This document shows positions 35,123-46,842 of a stretch of DNA of 64,000 nt, piece after piece. The notes beneath the pieces are model-generated. The model saw nothing but the letters and a program-made list of their open reading frames with translations, made no database searches and was not told the DNA's origin. The number at the start of each line of letters is the position of its first letter. Position 1 is the stretch's first letter. The position numbers and the translations under genes were made by a program. Origin of the DNA: Gammaproteobacteria bacterium (GTDB lineage Bacteria > Pseudomonadota > Gammaproteobacteria > Steroidobacterales > Foliamicaceae); NCBI GenBank assembly GCA_009844425.1, contig VYBN01000033.1, positions 146,263 to 210,262 on the forward strand, read 5' to 3'.

Positions 35123-37216
35123 ATGACGGTGAACGTGAGCGATCGCGGCCCTGTCCGGCTGATCGAAATGAATTCGCCGCCCGTCAACGCCCTCGGAGCA
35201 AAGCTCCGGATGCCGCTCATGGACGCGATCCGGTCCGCCTCGCGGGACGACTCCACAGGCGCGCTGCTGATATTGAGCGGCGTGAAGACCTGGTGCGCCG
35301 GCGCCGACATCAAGGAGTTCGGCCTGTCCGCACTGCCCGCGCCCGAAGCTTCGCTTAACGCCATATGCGACGCGCTGGACGCATGTTCCAAGCCGGTCAT
35401 CGCGGTAGTGGACGGGGTCGCATACGGCGGCGGGCTGGAACTTGCGCTGGCCTGCGATTACCGGGCCGTTTCTCCACGCGCCCGCTTCGCCTTTCCCGAG
35501 GTCAATATCGGACTGTTGCCGGGGGCCGGCGGGACCCAGCGGACCCCACGGCTGGTCGGTGTGGAACAGGCCTTGCGGATGTGCCTGGACGGCAAGCCGG
35601 TCAACGCCCGCAGGGCCCTCGAAACGGGCCTGGCCGACCGCCTGCTCGAGGACGAACTGACCGAAGCGGCCTGCGCGTATGCGGAGGAAGTGCTGGCGGC
35701 CGGCGCGGAGGTGCGAAAGATCTCCTCCGGGCCCGGCAAGCTTCCCCGGCCGGGAGAGGCGGCGGAGGTATTCGACGGGGCGCGGCAGCTGATCGCCCGC
35801 AGGATGCGGGGACGCGACTCGCCCGAGCTGATCGTGCAGTGCATCGAGCAGGCCGTGGCCTGCCGGGACGATTTTCGCGCCGGTCTGGCCGAGGAGCGGC
35901 GCCGGTTCGTCCATTGCCTGAAGAACCCGCAGAGCAAGGCGCTTTCGCACGTGTTCTTCGCCGAACGCGCCGCGGCGAAGGGCGCCGGCGGGGCTGACGC
36001 GCGCGCCGTCGAGCACGCCGCGGTGATCGGCTGCGGCACCATGGGCGGCGGTATCGCGATGAATTTCGCGATCGCGGGGATTCCGGTGACCGTGCTGGAG
36101 ACGGGACAGGAGGCGCTGGAGCGCGGTTTGGGCGTGATGCGCAGGAACTTCGAGCGCTCGGAGAAGAGCGGACGCATCCCTCCGGGCGGCGCCGAGCGCT
36201 GCATGGGGCTGATCACGCCCACGACGGACTACGATGCCCTGGCTGGGGCGGATTTCGTCGTGGAGGCCGTCTACGAGAATCTGGACCTCAAGAAGCAGAT
36301 TTTTGCCCGCCTGGACCGGGCCCTGGGCAACGACGCGATCATGGCCAGCAACACCTCGTATCTCGACATCGACCGGATGGCCGAAGCAACCGGCCGGCCC
36401 GGGCATGTGCTGGGCATGCATTTCTTCAGCCCCGCCAACATCATGCGCCTCGTGGAAGTCATCGAGGGCCGGCACAGTTCGGCAGAGACTGTCGCGACCG
36501 TGTTTTCGCTGGCATCGCGCATGAAGAAGATCCCCGTGTGGTCGGCCAACAGCCACGGGTTCATCGGTAACCGCATGTTGTCGGGGTACATGTTCGAGGC
36601 CTTTGAATTGCTGTTCGAGGGCACGCCGCCCGAGTCGGTCGATGAGGCCCTGCGGGATTTCGGGCTCCCCATGGGGCCTTTCCAGATGGCCGACCTGGTG
36701 GGCCTGGACCTGGGTTGGCGGGCCCGGGAGCTGGCCGGCAAGCCGCTTGAAGAGCGAAAGCCGGGTGAGCGCCTGGGCGATGCGCTATGCGAGCGGGACC
36801 GCTTCGGGCAGAAGAACGGCCGAGGCATCTACAACTACAGTCCCGGCAGCCGGGTTCCCGATCCCGATCCCGGGGTCGCCGGCCTGATCGAGGAACTGGC
36901 GGAAGAGCTGGGCTACGAGCGCGGACCGCCCGCGGATAACGAAGAGATCGTCAAGCGATGCATGTACCCGCTCGTGAACGTCGGCTCGGCGCTGCTGGAG
37001 GAAGGCGTTGCCCGGGCGGCATCGGACATCGATATCGTCTATGTCTACGGTTACGGCTTCCCGGCCTGGCGCGGCGGCCCCATGCACTACGCCGAGCAGC
37101 GGGGCCTGGACGCGGTGCTGGCGGACATTCGCGGGTTTCACGAGCGGTTCGGCGCGCGCTGGACGCCGGCGCAAAGGCTTGTTGAAGCGGCCGCTGCCGG
37201 CCGGGGATTCGGCTAG
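35123..37216 (+). CDS. Bifunctional enoyl-CoA hydratase / 3-hydroxyacyl-CoA dehydrogenase (FadB/FadJ-like)
   Basis: N-terminal crotonase fold (GADIKEF, GGGLELALACD), central NAD-binding block VIGCGTMGGGIA, and an HFFSPA block. 697 aa. Confidence 0.85.
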   Translation: MTVNVSDRGPVRLIEMNSPPVNALGAKLRMPLMDAIRSASRDDSTGALLILSGVKTWCAGADIKEFGLSALPAPEASLNAICDALDACSKPVIAVVDGVAYGGGLELALACDYRAVSPRARFAFPEVNIGLLPGAGGTQRTPRLVGVEQALRMCLDGKPVNARRALETGLADRLLEDELTEAACAYAEEVLAAGAEVRKISSGPGKLPRPGEAAEVFDGARQLIARRMRGRDSPELIVQCIEQAVACRDDFRAGLAEERRRFVHCLKNPQSKALSHVFFAERAAAKGAGGADARAVEHAAVIGCGTMGGGIAMNFAIAGIPVTVLETGQEALERGLGVMRRNFERSEKSGRIPPGGAERCMGLITPTTDYDALAGADFVVEAVYENLDLKKQIFARLDRALGNDAIMASNTSYLDIDRMAEATGRPGHVLGMHFFSPANIMRLVEVIEGRHSSAETVATVFSLASRMKKIPVWSANSHGFIGNRMLSGYMFEAFELLFEGTPPESVDEALRDFGLPMGPFQMADLVGLDLGWRARELAGKPLEERKPGERLGDALCERDRFGQKNGRGIYNYSPGSRVPDPDPGVAGLIEELAEELGYERGPPADNEEIVKRCMYPLVNVGSALLEEGVARAASDIDIVYVYGYGFPAWRGGPMHYAEQRGLDAVLADIRGFHERFGARWTPAQRLVEAAAAGRGFG

Positions 37217-37240
37217 TTTTGTGAGACGCAACACTATCGC

Positions 37241-39913
37241 ATGACGGCCGGCGCGCGACCGCTGGCGGGGCATACGCCGATGATGCAGCAGTACCTGCGC
37301 ATCAAGGCAAAGCACCCCGATGCCCTGCTGTTCTACCGCATGGGCGATTTCTACGAGATGTTTTACGGCGACGCCGAGCGTGCGGCCGTGCTGCTGGACA
37401 TCGTTCTGACCACGCGCGGACAGTCGAACGGCGAAGCGATTCCCATGGCCGGCGTGCCGGCGCATTCGGCCGATTCGTACATCGCCCGGCTGGCGCAAAT
37501 GGGCGAGTCCATAGCGATTTGCGAGCAGATCGGCCGCCCCACGCCTTCGGGCGGTCCGGTAAAGCGCGAGGTCGTGCGGCTGGTGACTCCGGGCACGCTG
37601 ACCGAGGAAGCCCTGCTCGACAGCAGTTCCGAGAACCTGGTGGCGGCCCTGTACGGGAAGGACGGCGGTTACGGGCTGGCCTGGATGGAGCTGAGTTCCG
37701 GCAGTTTTTCGATCACGGAATGCCCCGGTCTGGAAGAGCTTGAGGGCGAACTGCAACGATTGCGGCCGGCCGAATTGCTGGTCGGCGAGGGAACGCGGCT
37801 GCCCGAGGCGCTGCCCGGCCGGCCCGCGGTTCATGAGCGGAGGAACTGGCAATTCAGCGCCGCCTCCGCGCGGCGTGCGCTTCAGGACCAGTTCCGCGTG
37901 CATAACCTCGATGGTTTCGGCGTGGAGGGCATGGACCGGGGGATCGCCGCCGCCGGTTGCCTGCTGGACTACGTCAGGGACACGCAGCGCGGCGCCTTGC
38001 CTCACGTGCGCGCGCTCAACGTGGAGCGGCCCGGCGACGCGCTGCTGATGGATGCCGCCACGCGGCGCAACCTTGAACTGGACCGCTCGCTTTCGGGGCG
38101 GGACGAATACACGCTGGCCGGCGTCGTCGATCGCTGCGCCACCCCCATGGGCAGCCGGCTCCTTCGGCGCTGGATCCATCGGCCCCTGCGTTCCCACGAG
38201 GTCTTGCGGCTCAGGTATCAGGCCCTGGACGAATTGCGCGGCGAGCAGGAGGGGTGGCGGGAGTCGATCCGGGAAGTCGGCGATCTCGAGCGGGTGCTGG
38301 CGCGACTGGCCATCCGCACGGCCCGCCCGCGCGACCTGGAGCAGCTGCGGTCCGCCCTGAAGTCCGCGCCGGCGATCCGCGAGCGGCTAACGGCGCTGGA
38401 CGCGCCTCTCCTGCAAACCCTGGCGGAGCGCATGGAAACGCCGCCCGATGGATTGCGCCTGCTGGCGGAAGCGCTGGTCGAGCATCCCGCCCCCAGGATT
38501 CGCGACGGCGAGGTGATCGCCGCCGGATACAGCGCGGAGCTGGATGAGTTGCGCGAAGTCAGCAGCAATGCCGACGCCGCGCTGCAGGACCTGGAGAAGG
38601 AAGAACGCGAAAGCAGCGGCATCGCCAACCTGAAGCTGGGCTATAACCGGGTGCACGGCTACTACATCGAGCTTCGCCGCAGCCAGGCGGAGGAAGCGCC
38701 CGAGCACTACATCCGCCGCCAGACCCTGAAACACTCCGAGCGCTATATCACTCCGGAACTCAAGCGCTTCGAGCACCGGGTCCTGGGCGCGCGCGAACGC
38801 GCCCAGGAACTGGAGGTGAGGCTGTACGAGGAATTGCTGGAGAAGCTGTCCCGCTGGCTCGCGGTCTGGCAGGACCTGGCGACCGCCGTGGCCGAGACCG
38901 ACGTGCTGGTCAACCTGGCCGCCCGCTCGCTGGAGCTGGGCTACGCGAGACCGGAGCTTGTCGATCGGCCGGGGATCAGGCTGAGGGCCAGCCGCCACCC
39001 TGTCGTCGAGCGCGCGCTGGATTCCGAGTTCATCGCCAACGACCTGGCGCTGGACGACGACACCCGCATGCTGATCGTGACCGGCCCCAATATGGGCGGC
39101 AAGTCCACCTACATGCGCCAGGTCGCGCTGATCGTGATCCTTGCGCACATCGGCAGCTTCGTTCCCGCGGCCGAGGCCGAGATCGGGCCGCTGGACCGCA
39201 TATTCACGCGCATCGGCGCGGGCGACGACCTGGCCGGCGGACGTTCCACCTTCATGGTGGAAATGACCGAAACGGCGAGCATCCTGCACAATGCCACCGG
39301 ACAGAGCCTGATGCTGATGGACGAGGTGGGCCGCGGCACCAGCACCTACGACGGCCTTTCGCTGGCCTGGGCGGCGGCCGGCTACATCGCCGAGCGCCTG
39401 CGCAGCTTCACCCTGTTTGCGACCCACTACTTCGAATTGACCGCGCTGGCCGAAACCGCGACGGCATGCGCAAACGTCCACCTGGACGCCGTCGAGCATG
39501 CCGGAACGCTGGTGTTCCTGTATTCCGTGCGCGACGGCCCGGCGGATCGCAGTTACGGGCTTCAGGTAGCGGCATTGGCCGGTGTTCCCAGGCAGGTCAT
39601 CGCGTCGGCAAGAGGGATGCTGGAGGACCTGGAGCAGCGCTCAGGCCGGTTGATCGAGCGCGGGCAGGCGCAATTGCCGCTCACACTCCCTGGGAGCGAG
39701 GGCGTCCCGCCCTCGGTGAAGGAGCTTGCCGGGACGGAGGACATCCCGCCCTCCACGAACGCGGAACGCCTTCGCTCCCGGACGCTTCATTCAAGCGCGG
39801 AGCAATTGCTGGCCGGGGTGGATCCCGAACAGCTCAGCCCGCGCGAGGCGCTGGACCTGCTGTTCGAACTGAAGGCACGAAGCGGGGGAGAAGATGACCG
39901 AGCGGGAAATTAG
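37241..39913 (+). CDS. mutS: DNA mismatch repair protein MutS
   Basis: The N-terminal block [18 protein letters not shown], Walker [10 protein letters not shown], and [12 protein letters not shown]. Confidence 0.95.
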   Translation: MTAGARPLAGHTPMMQQYLRIKAKHPDALLFYRMGDFYEMFYGDAERAAVLLDIVLTTRGQSNGEAIPMAGVPAHSADSYIARLAQMGESIAICEQIGRPTPSGGPVKREVVRLVTPGTLTEEALLDSSSENLVAALYGKDGGYGLAWMELSSGSFSITECPGLEELEGELQRLRPAELLVGEGTRLPEALPGRPAVHERRNWQFSAASARRALQDQFRVHNLDGFGVEGMDRGIAAAGCLLDYVRDTQRGALPHVRALNVERPGDALLMDAATRRNLELDRSLSGRDEYTLAGVVDRCATPMGSRLLRRWIHRPLRSHEVLRLRYQALDELRGEQEGWRESIREVGDLERVLARLAIRTARPRDLEQLRSALKSAPAIRERLTALDAPLLQTLAERMETPPDGLRLLAEALVEHPAPRIRDGEVIAAGYSAELDELREVSSNADAALQDLEKEERESSGIANLKLGYNRVHGYYIELRRSQAEEAPEHYIRRQTLKHSERYITPELKRFEHRVLGARERAQELEVRLYEELLEKLSRWLAVWQDLATAVAETDVLVNLAARSLELGYARPELVDRPGIRLRASRHPVVERALDSEFIANDLALDDDTRMLIVTGPNMGGKSTYMRQVALIVILAHIGSFVPAAEAEIGPLDRIFTRIGAGDDLAGGRSTFMVEMTETASILHNATGQSLMLMDEVGRGTSTYDGLSLAWAAAGYIAERLRSFTLFATHYFELTALAETATACANVHLDAVEHAGTLVFLYSVRDGPADRSYGLQVAALAGVPRQVIASARGMLEDLEQRSGRLIERGQAQLPLTLPGSEGVPPSVKELAGTEDIPPSTNAERLRSRTLHSSAEQLLAGVDPEQLSPREALDLLFELKARSGGEDDRAGN

Positions 39914-40397
39914 CCGTCTTGTAGCCGAACTGGGCGCCCGGTTGCTGGACCGGGGCGAGACGCTGGCGCTGGCCGAGTCCTGCACCGGCGGCTGGGTGGG
40001 GCAGGCGATTACCGGGCTTCCGGGAAGTTCGGGCTGGTTTGACGCCGGGTTCGTGACGTATTCCAACGACGCCAAGAAGCGCTTGCTGGGTGTCAGCCCG
40101 CAAACACTGGACGAGTTCGGCGCCGTCAGCGCCGAGACGGCGGTGGAAATGGCCGCCGGCGCGCTTGAGCGCGGGCGGACGGACTGGAGCCTGGCGGTGA
40201 CCGGCATTGCGGGGCCTACCGGCGGCACGGCGACGCGTCCGATAGGCACGGTGCTTTTCGCCTGGGCGGGCCGCAACGGGCTTCGGGAAGCGGAAGCCAT
40301 GCGCTTTGACGGCGACCGCCGCGCCGTGCGGATGCAATCGGTGGCGCATGCGCTGGAAGGACTGCTGAAACGCGTTGAGGGGACGGCTGGAGGCTGA
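39894..40397 (+). CDS. pncC: Nicotinamide-nucleotide amidohydrolase PncC (CinA C-terminal domain)
   Basis: [18 protein letters not shown] and TGIAGP blocks. It sits in the usual position upstream of recA. Confidence 0.8.
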   Translation: MTEREISRLVAELGARLLDRGETLALAESCTGGWVGQAITGLPGSSGWFDAGFVTYSNDAKKRLLGVSPQTLDEFGAVSAETAVEMAAGALERGRTDWSLAVTGIAGPTGGTATRPIGTVLFAWAGRNGLREAEAMRFDGDRRAVRMQSVAHALEGLLKRVEGTAGG

Positions 40398-40533
40398 TGC
40401 GAAAGGCCTTTTTCCGGCGGTTTCGGGCGCGTATGTCAATTACCCGCTCAACCCGGAGAATTGCCGCCGTGCAATTCGCCGAGGCTATGGAATAATCTCG
40501 GTACCGGGACCTGAGCGGGAGCACTTGAGCACC

Positions 40534-41554
<1,021 letters not shown>

Positions 41555-41562
<8 letters not shown>

Positions 41563-42028
41563 ACGTTCCGGCCGCCGGGAGCAAGGCCGGCCCGCCCTCG
41601 ACGCGGCCCTGCGCCTGTTGGCCCGGCGCGAACATTCCCGGCGGGAATTGCGAGCCAAGCTTTCTTTGCGCGGCTACGAGACAAGTGAAATCGGCCGGAC
41701 GCTGGACCGCCTGGCCGGGCGCAATCTGATCAGCGACGAACGTTTCGCCGAGGCATTTCTGCGGTCTCGGCTGGAGCGCGGGCAGGGCCCCCTGAAGATA
41801 CGCGCGCAACTGAAGGAGCGGGGCGTGGATGCGCCGTTGGTCGACGCGGTAATGAACGAAGCGGAAGTCGATTGGGACCTGCGCGCGGCGGCCGCGCGCA
41901 GCCGCCGGTTCGGTGAACCGCCACCCGGGAATCGGGAGGACATGGCGCGCCAGGCGAGGTTCCTGCGCGGGCGCGGGTTTTCCGAGGGGCAGGTGGCGCG
42001 CGCCGTACTGAACGAAACCGTGCGATGA
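41555..42028 (+). CDS. recX: Recombination regulator RecX
   Basis: [19 protein letters not shown] and [12 protein letters not shown] repeats. It overlaps the recA stop. Confidence 0.85.
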
Positions 42029-44652
42029 AGACTGCCGAGATACGCACTTCCTTCGTGGAGTTCTTTACCGGGCGCGACCATCGGCATCTGCCCGGCTCGC
42101 CGCTGGTTCCGCGCAACGACCCCACGCTGCTGTTCACCAACGCCGGGATGGTGCAGTTCAAGGACATCTTCCTCGGCCGCGAGCAGCCACCGCACCCGCG
42201 GGCCGTGACCGTGCAGCGCTGCCTGAGGGCCGGGGGCAAGCACAACGACCTGGAAAATGTCGGTTACACCGCTCGCCACCACACTTTCTTCGAGATGCTG
42301 GGCAATTTCAGCTTCGGCGACTACTTCAAGCGGGAGGCCGTCCGTCTGGCCTGGGAATTCGTCACCAGGGACCTGGGGCTGCCGTCCGAGAAGCTTCTCG
42401 TAACCATCTACGAGGACGATGACGAGGCGGCCCGGTGCTGGCGGGAGGAGGCCGGAATCGGGGACTCGCGAATAATCCGGCTGGGCGGTTCCGGCAACTT
42501 CTGGTCGATGGGCGATACCGGCCCCTGCGGACCCTGCTCGGAAATCTTCTACGACCACGGACCGGACGTGTCCGGCGGTCCGCCGGGCAGCGCCGAGGAG
42601 GAAGGCGACCGCTTCGTCGAGATCTGGAACCTCGTGTTCATGCAATTCGACCGTGACGCCGAAGGCCATCTCACGGACCTCCCAAAGCCTTCCGTGGATA
42701 CCGGCATGGGGCTGGAGCGCACCGCCGCCGTGTTGCAGGGCGTCAGCAGCAACTACGAAATCGACCTGTTCCGCGACCTCATCGCCGCCGCCGGCGAAAT
42801 AACGGGCACAAGCGACCTTGGGTCCAACTCGCTCAAGGTCATCGCCGATCATGCGCGCGCCGCGGCCTTTCTCGTGGGTGACGGCGTTTTTCCGTCCAAC
42901 GAGGGGCGGGGCTACGTGCTGCGCCGCATCATTCGGCGCGCGCTGCGCCACGGCCACGATCTGGGCGTCAACGATGCCTTCCTCTATCGGATGGTGGCGC
43001 CCATTGAAGAGGCGATGGGCGCGGCCTTTCCGGAACTGGCGGAATCGCGCGAGCTGGCCGAGCGGGTGCTGCGTGCCGAGGAAGAACGGTTCGCAGCGAC
43101 CCTGGAGCAGGGCATGCGCTACCTGAACCGGACTCTGGAGGACGTGCGCGGCGGGGAGATACCGGGCGAAAAGGCCTTCGTCCTGTACGACACCTATGGT
43201 TTCCCCGTGGACCTCACCGCCGATATTGCGCGCGGCCGCGGCCTTTCCGTGGACATGCCCGGTTACGATGCCGCGATGGCCAGACAGCGCGAGCGATCCC
43301 GCAGCTCTTCCGGCATGGGCGCGCGGCAAACCAATTCGCCCGGGGGCGAGGGCGTCCCGTCCCCGGTTTTTCCCGCGAGCGAGTTTACGGGGTATGAGCG
43401 TCTGGAGAATCCGGCGCGCGTAATCGGAATCCGCATCGGCGACGAGGCGGTGGAGCGGGCGGAAAAGGGCAAAACCGCCGAAATAGTGCTGGACCGCACG
43501 CCGTTCTATGCCGAAAGCGGCGGCCAGGTGGGCGACACGGGAATGCTGGCCGGGCAGGGACTGCGCTTCGACGTCCGGGACACGCAGCTGACATCGGCAG
43601 GACGTGCGCACATCGGCGTGCTTGCCGAGGGGACCCTGAGCGTGGGCGACGAGGTGACCGCCACGGTGGACGCCGTGCGCCGCCGGGACATCGTTCTGAA
43701 CCATTCGGCCACGCACCTGATGAACGCGGCGCTGCGCAGGGTGCTGGGAAAGCACGTGGCGCAGAAGGGCTCCCTGGTGGCGCCGGACCGTCTGCGTTTC
43801 GATTTTTCGCATTTCGAAGCGGTGTCGCCGGAAGACCTGGAGCGCATCGAGGACGAAGTCAACGGGCAGATTCGCGCCAACGAGCCCGCCGTGACCACCG
43901 AGATGCCGATCGACGAGGCGATCGAGGCCGGCGCCTTGTCGATGGCCGGCGAGGACTATGCCGAGAAGGTCCGGGTGCTGAAGCTCGGCGATTACTCCAT
44001 GGAACTGTGCGGCGGCACGCATGTGGGCCGCACCGGCGACATCGGACTGTTCGCCATCGTGTCGGAGTCCTCCGTCGCCGCCGGTGTGCGCCGCATCGAG
44101 GCGCTCACGGGTGCGGGGGCCTTCGAGTGGGTGCGTAAGCTGCGTCACCGAATGGGCCGCCTCGCGGGCCTGCTCAAGGGTGGCGCCGACGATTCGGAAG
44201 AAAAACTCTCGGCCCTCATGAAGCGCGCCAGGGACCTGGAAAAGAAGCTGGCGCAGGCGCGGGCGAAACTTGCCGAGGGCGGTGGCGCGGCGGCCATGCC
44301 GGTCACCCGGGTGGGGGACGTGAACCTGATTGCCATGCGCCTCGACGACGATTCGGACATGAACACGATGTGCAACGCGGTGGACCGCTACCGGGACCGG
44401 TTTTCGCCGGCGGTGGTGGTGCTGGGTACGCGCGACGGCAACGGCAAGGCACGCATCGTGGCCGGCGTGAGCAAGGCGCTGGAGAAGCGGGCGCCTGCCC
44501 GCGACCTGGCGCGCGCCGTGGCCAAGCGCCTGGGCGGTAAGGGCGGTGGCCGGGCCGGCTTCGCGCAGGGCGGGGGGCCGCGGGGAGAAGCGCTGGGCGA
44601 GGCGCTTGACGCGCTTTCCGGCTGGCTGCAGGAGCGTCTGGGCGACAACTAG
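42025..44652 (+). CDS. alaS: Alanine--tRNA ligase
   Basis: FTNAGMVQFKD, HHTFFEMLGNFSFGDYFK, the editing-domain HSATHL...CGGTHV block, and a C-terminal DHHA1-like domain. Confidence 0.95.
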   Translation: MKTAEIRTSFVEFFTGRDHRHLPGSPLVPRNDPTLLFTNAGMVQFKDIFLGREQPPHPRAVTVQRCLRAGGKHNDLENVGYTARHHTFFEMLGNFSFGDYFKREAVRLAWEFVTRDLGLPSEKLLVTIYEDDDEAARCWREEAGIGDSRIIRLGGSGNFWSMGDTGPCGPCSEIFYDHGPDVSGGPPGSAEEEGDRFVEIWNLVFMQFDRDAEGHLTDLPKPSVDTGMGLERTAAVLQGVSSNYEIDLFRDLIAAAGEITGTSDLGSNSLKVIADHARAAAFLVGDGVFPSNEGRGYVLRRIIRRALRHGHDLGVNDAFLYRMVAPIEEAMGAAFPELAESRELAERVLRAEEERFAATLEQGMRYLNRTLEDVRGGEIPGEKAFVLYDTYGFPVDLTADIARGRGLSVDMPGYDAAMARQRERSRSSSGMGARQTNSPGGEGVPSPVFPASEFTGYERLENPARVIGIRIGDEAVERAEKGKTAEIVLDRTPFYAESGGQVGDTGMLAGQGLRFDVRDTQLTSAGRAHIGVLAEGTLSVGDEVTATVDAVRRRDIVLNHSATHLMNAALRRVLGKHVAQKGSLVAPDRLRFDFSHFEAVSPEDLERIEDEVNGQIRANEPAVTTEMPIDEAIEAGALSMAGEDYAEKVRVLKLGDYSMELCGGTHVGRTGDIGLFAIVSESSVAAGVRRIEALTGAGAFEWVRKLRHRMGRLAGLLKGGADDSEEKLSALMKRARDLEKKLAQARAKLAEGGGAAAMPVTRVGDVNLIAMRLDDDSDMNTMCNAVDRYRDRFSPAVVVLGTRDGNGKARIVAGVSKALEKRAPARDLARAVAKRLGGKGGGRAGFAQGGGPRGEALGEALDALSGWLQERLGDN

Positions 44653-44691
44653 TTTCCGAGCGCAAGTTGGAATCTACAAGGAGGATAGGAA

Positions 44692-45540
44692 ATGCCGCTC
44701 AACACAAACATCAAAATCATGTACCTGAATCCGGCGGGCTATTCCTCCGACAATCAAATGTTTGCGGACATGGCCAAAACGTACAAGTACCCTGGAACCG
44801 CGGTGGACATCGTTTCTTTTAACCCCGCGACGGTCCCGCCGAAGATGACCGACCTGGAATTCCGATCATACGAAGCGCTGATAATTGCCGACACGGTCAA
44901 AGCGGCCAGACAAGCGGCCAAGGATGGTTATGACGCGATGGTGATTGGGTGCTTCTACGATCCTGCGTTGCTGGACGCAAGAGAAATCTCGGGCGATACA
45001 GTCATAGTGGGGCCGTGTCAGGCATCGATCAGTCAGGCGCTGACCATTGCCAACAACTTTTCGATCATCATCGGAGAGGACAAATGGTTCGATCAGATGA
45101 GGGATACGGTCTATCAATATGGCTACAGAGACAAGCTGGCATCGTTTGAGTCGGTTGGGCTTCGCGTGGAGGACTTTCAAACCAACCCGGAGCGAACGGC
45201 CTCTCTGATGAAGAGCGCTGGCTGGAGAGCATACGTAGAGCGCCATGCGGAGTCGATCATCCTGGGTTGCACGATGGAGATAGGCTTCTACAGCGAACTC
45301 CAGCAGTTCTTGACCGAAGAAGCCGGCGGCAGGAACGTCCCGGTCATAGATTGCTCCATAGCCTCGCTTAAAGCGGCTGAGGACGCTGCGCTGCGAAGCC
45401 AAATTGGCTGGACCAACAGCCGGGCCTGGGGCATGGAGCCGCCATCAGAGGAAGAACTTGCGAAGTTCGAAATCTTTCAGGACGACTACCAATTTGGAAA
45501 CATAATCCACGTTCCGGCAGACGGAACGGATTGCACTTAG
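44692..45540 (+). CDS. Asp/Glu/hydantoin racemase family protein (HyuE-like)
   Basis: Two catalytic-Cys blocks in family-typical contexts (MVIGCFYDPAL and IILGCTMEIG). A strong SD (AAGGAGG) lies 7-8 nt upstream of the ATG. Confidence 0.7.
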   Translation: MPLNTNIKIMYLNPAGYSSDNQMFADMAKTYKYPGTAVDIVSFNPATVPPKMTDLEFRSYEALIIADTVKAARQAAKDGYDAMVIGCFYDPALLDAREISGDTVIVGPCQASISQALTIANNFSIIIGEDKWFDQMRDTVYQYGYRDKLASFESVGLRVEDFQTNPERTASLMKSAGWRAYVERHAESIILGCTMEIGFYSELQQFLTEEAGGRNVPVIDCSIASLKAAEDAALRSQIGWTNSRAWGMEPPSEEELAKFEIFQDDYQFGNIIHVPADGTDCT

Positions 45541-45552
45541 CAGTCGCAAAGT

Positions 45553-46842
45553 TCAGTTTCCGGCTTGAGGGCCAAAAGCGCCGGAAGAGGATTCACACTC
45601 ATACCCGGCAGGCCCCGGCCCGAAATCGGGCGACTTCGCGTAGAGCAGCATGTTTCCCTGCGAGTAATTTTCCTGGTCGTCGATGTTGTATTCGTAACTC
45701 ACATAAAACAGGTCCAGGAACGTCGAACCGACGAGCAGCCCTCCGATTTGTTCCAGAATACGGAAGGCAACCACCCATTGTCCGGCACGATCACCCACTT
45801 CCACTTGATATGAATACTGCACCGGCGAAAGTGTGACAACCGCTGCACTGCCGGCCACGTTTCCGCAATCCGTTCCAAGTCGAATGGCAATGCCGGGAAG
45901 ATTCTCGTAATCGCCGGGAGATCCGGAAACATAGGCGAGGCCTACCCATTCGCCGTCCTGTAGGATTTCTTCGAAAATCGCGTTTCCTGAAGAGTCCTTG
46001 TACTTCATCAATGTGCTCAGAATCGGAAGAACGTACTTGCTGTCGCCCTTGAAGCGCGAGGAACCGGTGTCAAGAAAGAAGATCGCGCCGCTGAGAGGAT
46101 CAATCACCATATCCCCCACAGCAAGGCTATCCAATTCGGTTCCCCAAACGTCATCGGTTCCGGGCGCGGGTTTCGGCGTCAAGGTCGTTACGGTGTTTGC
46201 GGAGATGTACGCTTCGTTTACGCCGCCCAGAATGAAGTTGCCTGATTTCGCGCCGGGATTCGTAACCTGGGAAAACACGGCCTCGGAGATATAGCCCGCC
46301 TGCATCAGAGCTTTCGGAAAAAACGCGCTTGGAACCGTAGTCCTGTCGCTGCGGGCGGGTAGCCCGATGCCGCCGTCCCATGCCAGATACTGAAACTGGC
46401 TCCCCTGATAATCGACAGACGCAAAGAACGCGAGCGACGGCAATGACCCTGCCGGCGCGCCGAACTGGACGGAGCCTGTCCATGTGGTCATATCGCCCCA
46501 CGGACCAAATGACCGTGTCGTAGGCGTTTTGTCCAGCCACTGAAAACCGGCCTGGGAAGTATCGACCTTTGCATGCGCATTGCAGGCCGGGGTGGTGCAC
46601 TCGTCCGAAGTGGCCCAGATGAAATCGGCCCCATTGTCCAGTGCGAGCTTCAACTGGCTGGAGCTGATCTGGATATCTTCCGTGTACCAGGGAGACGCCC
46701 CGTAATCCGCGATGGGACCAAGCTTCAGATTCATCTCCACGGTTTGTTGCGCCTGGCTCGCGCTCGCAAGCAACAGCGAAGCGGCAATCCAGGGTAAGCG
46801 CGAAAGACAAGATGCAGTGCTGGCCCCGGCGTTGATTTTCAT
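45553..46842 (-). CDS. Secreted pepsin-like (MEROPS A1-type) aspartic peptidase homologue, with first active-site triplet DNG and second DTG
   Basis: LDNGADFIWATSDECTTPACNAH aligns with pepsin FDTGSSNLWVPSxxCxxxACxxH. Further matches are ILGGVNEAYI (pepsin GGxDxxxY), FFLDTGSSRF (second DTGS) and LLVGSTFLDLFYVSYEY (pepsin ILGDVFIRxYYTVFD). The signal peptide ends ...ASASQA-QQ. Confidence 0.65.
   Translation of the reverse strand: MKINAGASTASCLSRLPWIAASLLLASASQAQQTVEMNLKLGPIADYGASPWYTEDIQISSSQLKLALDNGADFIWATSDECTTPACNAHAKVDTSQAGFQWLDKTPTTRSFGPWGDMTTWTGSVQFGAPAGSLPSLAFFASVDYQGSQFQYLAWDGGIGLPARSDRTTVPSAFFPKALMQAGYISEAVFSQVTNPGAKSGNFILGGVNEAYISANTVTTLTPKPAPGTDDVWGTELDSLAVGDMVIDPLSGAIFFLDTGSSRFKGDSKYVLPILSTLMKYKDSSGNAIFEEILQDGEWVGLAYVSGSPGDYENLPGIAIRLGTDCGNVAGSAAVVTLSPVQYSYQVEVGDRAGQWVVAFRILEQIGGLLVGSTFLDLFYVSYEYNIDDQENYSQGNMLLYAKSPDFGPGPAGYECESSSGAFGPQAGN

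Noticed and set aside
40398-40533. A canonical LexA/SOS box upstream of recA.
   Set aside because: No CTGT-N8-ACAG or other known LexA motif is present in the gap. Only the unrelated dyad is reported as a finding.
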